Assembly (NCBI GenBank): GCA_030141605.1 | Contig: JAQGDQ010000854.1 | Coordinates: forward strand, 27,236-87,268 | From: Tubiluchus corallicola | Taxonomy: Eukaryota > Animalia > Priapulida | Direction: 5' to 3' | Length of the DNA stretch: 60,033 bases | In this document: positions 1 through 60,033 of the stretch, one piece after another | How the letters are laid out: every line of letters starts with the position of its first letter | Position numbering within the stretch: position 1 is the stretch's first letter | The notes under the pieces: generated by a model | What the model saw: only the letters and a program-made list of their open reading frames with translations | Databases searched by the model: none | What the model was told of the DNA's origin: nothing | Position numbers and translations under genes: made by a program

Positions 1-695
1 AGTTTAAGTGATAACAGTATAATAAATCCAACATACTGAGTGACTTGTCCTTTCCTTTAGCACACCGCAAACGGTTTAAGTGATAACAGTATAATAAATC
101 CAACATACTGAGTGACTTGTCCTTTCCTTTAGCACACCACAAACAGTTTAAGTGATAACAGTAAAATAAACCCAACATGCTGAGTGACTTGTTCTTTCCT
201 TTAACAGTTTAAGTGATAACAGTAAAATAAATCCAACATACTGAGTGACTTGTTCTTTCCTTTAGCACACCACAAACAGTTTAAGTGATAACAGTATAAT
301 AAATCCAACATACTGAGTGACTTGTTCTTTCCTTTAGCACACCACAAACAGTTTAAGTGATAACAGTATAATAAATCCAACATACTAAGTGACTTGTCCT
401 TTCCTTTAGCACACCACAAACAGTTTAAGTGATAACAGTAAAATAAATCCAACATCCTGAGTGACTTGTTCTTTCCTTTAGCACACCACAAACAGTTTAA
501 GTGATAACAGTAAAATAAATCCAACATGCTGAGTGACTTGTCCTTTCCTTTAGCACACCACAAACAGTTTAAGTGATAACAGTATAATAAACCCAACATA
601 CTGAGTGACTTGACCTTTCCTTTAGCACACCACAAACAGTTTAAGTGATAACAGTATAATAAACCCAACATACTAAGTAACTTGTTCTTTCCTTT
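1..695. repeat. 72-bp minisatellite, ~10 copies, runs off the left edge
   Basis: Unit aaacagtttaagtgataacagtataataaatccaacatactgagtgacttgttctttcctttagcacaccac. Confidence 0.95.
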
Positions 696-798
696 AACCA
701 ATACAATGCCTCCAGATACATCAAATTTTTTTCAAGGTACTAAAGATAGATTGATTGCAGTACAATAATCCAACTTATGCATTCTAGCACGCACATAC

Positions 799-52204
<51,406 letters not shown>

Positions 52205-53145
52205 TTTGACGTGACACGCTAGCAAAGTTAACTCAAGAAAACGCACATCTTTAATAACAGTCCAGCTGCACAATGCGTACTATTCTCGGTGGGTGTTTCC
52301 CAGGCACGGTTAGTGTGGGTCCTCCGCTTGTGTCTGGTACCATAGCTACGGAATAGTCTATTATGGCACAAGGGGTGATAGGCAAATACTGCAACCGGTG
52401 AGGAGACTGTTAGTTGCATATTACTAGTAAAAATGCACAGCTGAACTGTGCACTTGCCGCTTGCACATTTATCAAGCTTTTTACAAGTTAACCAAACATG
52501 AAAACATCAACAATTTTTCCGTCATTTTAATGTTTTACAGCATATCGTGCCCCTGAACATCTCTGTTCGAATCACACAATCTAAGTCCACGAACAGGATT
52601 GTGTCATGTGAACTTCGTAATCTCGTAGGTTCCTAACATGCCGGCCTTGTTCAAAGATGCTTATGAGCTATTTATTTTATGTCTAATGACTAGAAGTTAT
52701 ATATTACGTAACGTAATATAATATGTGATCTTAACATTCAAATTTTATTAAATTATACATCGCTCCGGACTCGATTTTGTACGTTTTTGCTGTAATTGCT
52801 ACCTCCTGACGCCTTATCATGACAGAAATTCGTTGCTTTGTACTTAATTATAATAAGACACAATGTGGCACAAACCTACAGTTAATTAGATTTTGGTATA
52901 AAACTTGAAAGGCAGGAAATGTGAAAAATTCTGCTTTCAAGGCAAACGGCGAAACTACTGAGCTGCTAAACTCTCCAGCGACAAAATACCCACGAAAATT
53001 AGAAGCTCAAAATTATTCAAGACATACAAAAGTAATCATTGAAATACAATTAATGCTATTGTTTTTCATATTCACACACGCATTTCACACAGATCTGCAT
53101 CACAGAATGACTGAGAAGGCCAGGACAGGAGAGAGCGAGCGAGCG

Positions 53146-53185
<40 letters not shown>

Positions 53186-54166
53186 TTTTGCAAAGATAAT
53201 AATAAGACTGTTTTCATGCATATTTGACGCATTGCATGACGTATATTTATCGCTATAGCTGCTATGTTTGCTTATAGCTCAGTAGAAGCGTTTTTGTTGA
53301 GTGCTTTGCTGAACGGCGCTGAATGGTAGCGTTCCTGTCATTCGTCGAAGCGTAGTTAGCTACTTAGTGCCATTGACTTGCTGAAAAAAAAGGAAATCAC
53401 TCGTTTACTTGAAAAAGATGTGATAAAAATTCCAAAAACACTGACAGCTGTTGTTAGCAAAGCGACGTATGAAAAACTGCAAATTTTGGCATTAAGTTGA
53501 AATTTCTTGTTTAATAACTTTTTAGAATCCTCGCAAAGAAAAAAGTTAAAGGGTAATGTGTCATCCAATCAGACGAAGCGTTTCATTGGAGTGTTGAAAA
53601 TGCATAATGGCTGTGATGTTGTTATGTTAGCTAATGTTGATGTTTTTATACACAGAATGCCTCGTTGCTGATGCTGATATTGATCTTCGTTGGGGATGAA
53701 AGGATTTTTAATGATGGCATGGGAATCAGCTGATGACATTTTTTTGACAACATGAGCAGAATAAATAGAAAACAAACAGAAGTAAGTTCGTGGTATAGAG
53801 ATATTCATACGTGATAACTTTCTTTTTGTAGCTCTTAAATCGGACTTGAAATATTGCTTTACTCGTATTTATGTGGGAAATCGAGCTGCCATTACTTATG
53901 CAAAAAAGTAACAGGGTGGAGTGGACTTTACTTGGTCTTTGGGATAAAAATAAAAGTTGCAAAGCTAAATGGTGTACTGTACGTGTTAAACCGCAAAATT
54001 TATCATCATACTGTACGTGTTGAACATAATCTAATTCGTGTGCAGCTATTATATAATGCGAAATTTATGCAAGGTGGTGCAAGTAGCATTACATTTTAAT
54101 TTACACGTTACAAAGTGCAGGCTGTGGCTAGGGCTGGATGCAGATTCACAATGATTTGAGTACAGA

Positions 54167-54716
54167 TAGGGTTACCATACGTCCGGGTTTCCCGGGACAC
54201 GTTCTCTTTTTGGGCCTCTGTCTGGGCGTCCGGGCGGGTTTTCAAAAAATCGGCAGTTTGTCCGGGTTTTGCCTCAATCCGTAAGTATGTACGGATGTTG
54301 CCAACTGCAGAGGCGTACGACAGTACGAGACAAAGAAAAGCTCATTAATTTTCAATACAAGATGTTGCTAACATCTCAAAATGTGACCCTTGTAAAAGCT
54401 TTATGTACATATTTACTGAACAAAAGCAAGCGATGTGCACATCACTATGGGTCACACGACTCACACCGCTGTCGATACTCGGCGTATTCGTAACGACTTA
54501 AAATGACGTCAGCTTCCGGGAGCCATTTTGTTTGTTTTCATGTGAATTTCTTTAAATTTGTATAGTTTCGCTGTTCTGCAGTTTTGAGCATAACTGCATA
54601 ACTGGTAAAAGTTAATTAGAAAGTAGCAATGCCGAAACGACAGTGTGCATTTACAGTTGAAATGAAGGCCAAGTAACCGTGTCCTCTTTTTCAACTCAGA
54701 CAATATGGTAACCCTA
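54167..54716 (+). mobile_element. hAT (Blackjack-like) internally deleted element
   Basis: TIR TAGGGTTACCATA; 8-bp TSD agtacaga; possible transposase start MPKRQCAFT at 54629. Confidence 0.85.
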
Positions 54717-55439
54717 AGTACAGATCTATTCTCAGCAATTTCTGAAACAAACAGCGGTCAAAATATATATCCTAACAATTTCAGCTATTTTGAAATGCCA
54801 ATGTTAGCTTTTTTGCCTTATCAATGCAGTTTTACCATGTGGCATGTGCAAAATTTCCTTGGCTATGCTTAAATATTAGATTATTTTAGAAGAAAGGCAC
54901 ATTGCCATTGTTGTGGACGGGTTGGACAAAAGTGGAGGTTTTAGTGCTGGAGTGATTTGTTTTGGGAAAGATATTCACCTTTTTGTCCAAGTGATACTGT
55001 GCATTTAGTTGCACCTGCTGGGGTTTGAGGAGGGGGGGGGAAGCAGTCAAACCCTAAAAATCTGATGACTTCGTGTTTAATGTCACCATATGTATGTGGT
55101 ACAAATGATGTGTGTTGCCTTTACAAGTCTGTAGCTCTTCTGATTGGTTGAAATGGAACACTAGGCAGAAGCATGAAAGCAATGTGTGAACAGATTAATA
55201 TCATTTACTTGGTTGCAGGTGAGGATCAAGAATACTAATATTGAAAACAAACTAGAACTGATCTATGTCATGATGAGAGTAATGACAGCACTTGGTTATG
55301 AACGTTGCTATGACAACTGAAAAAATTACATGCCAGTTTGAATACATGTTAGTAATGTTAGTGATATTATGCCTTATGAACTTTGCATCTATATGTGGTT
55401 CTATAAGTAAAATGCATCAGGTAGATACTGTTATACTGT

Positions 55440-55735
55440 CATGATTAGGGGTTAAGCAAGTAGTCCTACACTCATAGCATAGAAACCCCATATTTTTCCG
55501 CAAAATAATTGTCGATTAAGGATTTAAACTTTACTGTGTTTGATGCGACAATCACCATGGCAGGCAGATTATTCCATTCATTCACAACTCTCACAGAAAA
55601 CTATTATTTACGGATGTCAAAACGTGACCGCTCTTTATAAACAGTTTTAAACTATGTTCTCTAGTTTTAGAATCAACAACAAATTAAAGAAATTTTCCGC
55701 TGAAATGTTTTCTTTTCTAGTTAATATTTTAGATA
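55440..55735 (-). mobile_element. CR1-like LINE 3' fragment
   Basis: KTREHSLKL..FSVRVVNEWNNLPAMVIVASNTVKFKSLID, typical CR1 ORF2 end; boundaries approximate. Confidence 0.75.
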
Positions 55736-57013
55736 CAAAATGGTTTTAACGAGGAAATTACTTTGCTAATGAATGAGCACATGCTCAGTGGGAGAGAGAC
55801 CTGACAAGTATCATGTCAAGCTGTCTTTCACCTAACTCAGAAATGAGTAGTATTCGTATGGTAGAGCAAAAACCATTTAATCAAAGACTGTGAACTTAGT
55901 TGGTGTACTCAACAAGCTTAATTAGTGTAAAAAGTCCTACTCACTCTATTCACAACATGTCCTAAGCTTAAAATAGCCTATTCAATTATTTAACGAGCTG
56001 TATAGTTTATCCAAGAATATCTTATCCAGAGAAATAATGACTTAGATGGTAACTGTCTGTAAACAGTCCTCTCTCAAGTGCGTTTTTAAATTTTCAACTA
56101 AGGCGTTTCCAGGCAGTGAAAGTGTTTAAGCTTCATCCAAACTTTTGTAGGGCACATTTGTATACTGTAATCTCATGCTTGATAATCAACTGCAGACAGT
56201 ACATAGATTAAGTTAGATTGTAAATGATTGCTATCTGGTTGCAGCCAAAACAGACTAGCTAGTGAACTTTGATAGATTTCGGCAGGATGGTGGAACAACG
56301 TTAGATGGGCCTATAAGTCTGAATAGTAACGCGTGACTCGAACATTTCATGTTGTATTTTTTATCACGTAGTAAGTTTCAATTTCTTAACATGAGCACCG
56401 ATGTTTTGTGAAGTCTGCTATGGATAAGTGGTGTAGTGATTTTAAGGTTGTGATGGCTACGAGTGTTCTGCCATCATCGTCTGCGTTGTGAGATTGTTTT
56501 GTAAATAAGAACTTTGTACTTTTGCTGGGTTCAAAATTGCTAATGGATTGTACAAACGCTGCAATATTGTGTTCTACTTTTTATTATGAAGGGCTGTTTG
56601 TGTTGTACGAACTCACAGCATGTAAGTTTTTGAACATTGTATTTTGGCGTAACGTCATGTCTTAGTTTTTGTTGAAAGAACCGTATAAATTAAATGCTAA
56701 CATTGTTTGAATAATCGTATTTTCTTTCTGCACCTTCAGCCAAATTACAAACTTCTCTATATTTTATTTAACTATTGTTTGCTTCTAACATGTGTTAATG
56801 ACATGCATATTGAAAGGCTTTGGTATTGTAATTGATTAGTTAACATATTTATTTGTATTAATTTATAGAAAATATTTAAACAGAATGACTCACTGAGCAA
56901 TATATGGCCCATTGTACAATGCAGTACCAGTACGCTATGCGTTGATACTTTATACCTGTTAAAGATATAATTTCAAAGTATCTTTTTACAGGTACTTAAA
57001 AACATTTATACGT

Positions 57014-57508
57014 GTAGTTAAAACACCACTACTTTATTAAAACTTTTAATTTACTTAGTTAAAAATCATGACAAACGTTTTGACAAAGCTGCTGCTGTCA
57101 TCATCAGTGGTAAATTTTTACAAACATACAACCACTTTATATAGGCACAGCCTACGATATAGAATATTATGCACTAATTATGTATTTACAAAAAGTCAAA
57201 TAGGTAATTATTAAGCAGATAAATTATTCTTCTTAATCATTATCTATTTGGCTTTTGTAAATACATAATTTGATGTACCAATTTCTTTTCTCCTGGTCTG
57301 TTCATTCATTACCTATTTGGCTTTTTGTAAATACCTAAGTAATGCATAATGTTCTGAATCTATACTGTAGGCTCTGCCTATATAAACTAGTTGTACGTTT
57401 GTAAAAATTTACCACTGATAATGACAGCAATAGCTCTGTCAAAACGTTTGACATAATTTTTAACTATGTAAAGTAAAAGTTTTAATAAAGTTGTGCTGTT
57501 TTAACTAT
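57014..57508. mobile_element. ~200-bp-arm inverted repeat with hammerhead-like motifs (Penelope-like remnant)
   Basis: Arms are reverse complementary; each carries CTGAT(G/A)A-hairpin-(A)AAACG. Confidence 0.55.
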
Positions 57509-58029
57509 AACCAAACTCATCTATCAGATCATTGTTAATACCTAATACATTTTCACGGCATAATAATAACTATATATATATCTAACTAATTACACAGCAT
57601 TGCTGGAAATTAACATAATTATCTGGTAGTTTGTGAAATTTTCTTTTTTCGTTTCGTAATTTTTCCTCTTTTCACTATCCTATAGTAACCACAAGTGTTA
57701 GTTTACGTTTACTTCTTTTCCACCTTTCAAGTTTCCTATCAAGCTAGGTTTCAGGGGTACTTGTGACACATTATTGTGATTTTCTTTGAGCATTTACATA
57801 TTTTGTGCTGTAACATTGATTCTCTTACGTGTTGTGTTATATGGAATACGTGAATTTTACATCTTCGATCTTTAGCATCGTAAAACAACAGTTAGTGGAT
57901 CTAGATCTGTATATTCAGCCAGGCGATTTTTAATGATTTTGTTGGAAAATAATATTGTTTGCATCAGCATCGAATGTTTGAATCTAAGAGGTTAAAGATG
58001 TATTGAAAATAAGACTCCGCAGCCGCCGC

Positions 58030-58064
58030 CGCAGTAGTAGTAGGTAGTAGTAGTAGTAGTAGCC

Positions 58065-58097
<33 letters not shown>

Positions 58098-58118
58098 GTA
58101 GTAGTAGTAGTAGTAGTA
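58030..58118. repeat. (TAG)n microsatellite
   Basis: Direct. Confidence 0.9.
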
Positions 58119-58706
58119 AAATCTTTATTTGCCATTTTAAAAACATTGACCATCATAATAAAAGACAGACAATCAGTGTTAGTTCATATAAAAAACATAC
58201 ACTGTTCTGGGCAAATGCGTCTGGTGCAAGCTAAACTACAAGTGCAACTAGAAATTCAAAAATAAAATATAAACTAGTTTAGTAAGGTCTATGAAAAATG
58301 AAATTATGATTTGAGTAAGTATCAAATTTATTTTGGTAGGTCACTTGCTGCGAGGCAAAAGCTCAGAAAACAGAGAAACTGTTACTGACAGTCTTTTGAC
58401 TTGCTCATATTGCAAAGTTTACAATAAATTTGCAGTTGCTTTGGATTTCTTACATTGTTTAATTTCAGAATTTTTATTTAGTGCCCGCTTTTGACTTCTG
58501 GGGTCGTAAAATCTCAAAATTTCGCACAGCGTTTAATCGTTTACAATGCTCCAGTCTTTGTACATGTCTCTATCTTACACATTTTTCTATTGCGTTATCT
58601 CTACTTTCTATTGACATTTTACTCTAACACTTTGCGTACTTTGTAACGACAGTGACATTTAGCATTCACAAAGAATTATCTAACTGATCATTGACAGCAT
58701 TTACAT

Positions 58707-59190
58707 CAGGTGTGTGCAAATTATCTGACTAGCCAGGCCACATTAAACTTTCCCACAATTTCTGCGGGCCACAGGCAGTTTGATCAAGAAGCCAAGTACA
58801 GAAAGGCCTAATAACGATTTTTTTTTGCATCCGACCTGCGTACATCATTACTAGTACACTCGAGAAACTATTTTAGAAGTTATTAAAATTTATATTACAA
58901 ACCATATATTTCTACTTTCAGGACAGATAGTGGTAATTTCATTACAATGCATATTAGTAATGTGTATCACACAGTCTGTGTAGTACAGTGACATTAAGCT
59001 ACAACTGTCTTGTAAGGGTTAATGGCAACCGATCTAGTAGAAAAAACTACCCGCACTATCTTTGGGATCGTGGTACGGACTTCAGCTGGATACACTCAAT
59101 TAATCGCCCGGGCTGCACTTTCATTAGGTTGACAAATCTCTTCGCGGGCCGCACAAATTCTCTTGGTGGGCCGCAATTTGCACACCCCTG
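58707..59190 (-). mobile_element. hAT MITE, long subfamily
   Basis: TIRs; TSD atttacat. Confidence 0.92.
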
Positions 59191-59716
59191 ATTTACATGG
59201 CTATCTAGCTGACTGTAATACTTTATATCAGTAGAATAATTAATTTTGTATTAATTAATTAGAAATGATAATTTATATCTTGCAGTTGTCATCTAAGGGA
59301 GAGTTGAGTCCGTCGCCTCCGTCTCCAAATTTTATTTAGGTTTTAGTGCTGTATTGCTCTGATTGCGTACGTATTTGACCTGACAACGTTAGTTTTTTAT
59401 TTACACAGTGAAAGTTCACAACCTGGTAACATGAGTTTACACCTGTCAGAAATTTGGCACAGACACTGAACAAAGAACCACAGCATACAGGAATAAAGCC
59501 AAAAAGTAAATTTGTCAATTATAATCATTTTCCTATATATATATATTCCAAAAACAGTAAACTCTTTTCTTATGTTTAAAATATCACAAAACTAAAGTAG
59601 CCAGTTCAAGCTTAAATTACTGAAACTATTTAACTTTGCCCACAGTATATATATATAGGTTTTCCTTAGGTTTCAGCATTTATTTAAGCTGTAAGTTTAT
59701 TACGAAGTTATCTAGA

Positions 59717-60033
<317 letters not shown>

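Noticed and set aside
201-701. Cys/His-rich repeat ORF resembling zinc fingers or metallothionein
   Set aside because: Reading of the 72-bp minisatellite; frame-breaking unit variant and no splice support.
52205-52500. Cubilin promoter elements (GATA or HNF-like motifs)
   Set aside because: Short motifs are expected by chance in AT-rich DNA, and the TSS is unknown.
55200-59340. Exons of a divergent plus-strand gene (acceptor-like sites near 55218 and 59285)
   Set aside because: No recognisable coding frame; the 59285 candidate has stops in all three frames.

Overview
AT-rich, intron-rich animal genomic DNA; the 5S-type sequence and transposon families suggest a lophotrochozoan invertebrate (inference). 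Most of the window is the 5' part of a cubilin (CUBN) gene on the minus strand. I traced 27 GT-AG exons (52204 down to 799) in continuous phase, about 1228 aa: signal peptide, amnionless-binding N-terminal domain, extended coiled coil, 8 EGF repeats and CUB1-6; the gene continues past the left edge. The 9.1-kb intron splitting CUB5 hosts two antisense, paralogous two-exon genes for small extracellular LRR-LRRCT proteins. Introns carry many elements: an RTE-derived short element whose 5' end is a twister ribozyme, a 5S-headed SINE, tRNA SINEs, hAT, piggyBac and pogo MITEs, Helitrons, LINE ends, a Penelope-like inverted repeat with hammerhead relics, and many minisatellites. One minisatellite derives from a splice acceptor, and one LINE target-site duplication copies a splice donor. 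Most long ORFs in the supplied track are repeat artefacts. All calls are by manual reading; no searches were run.
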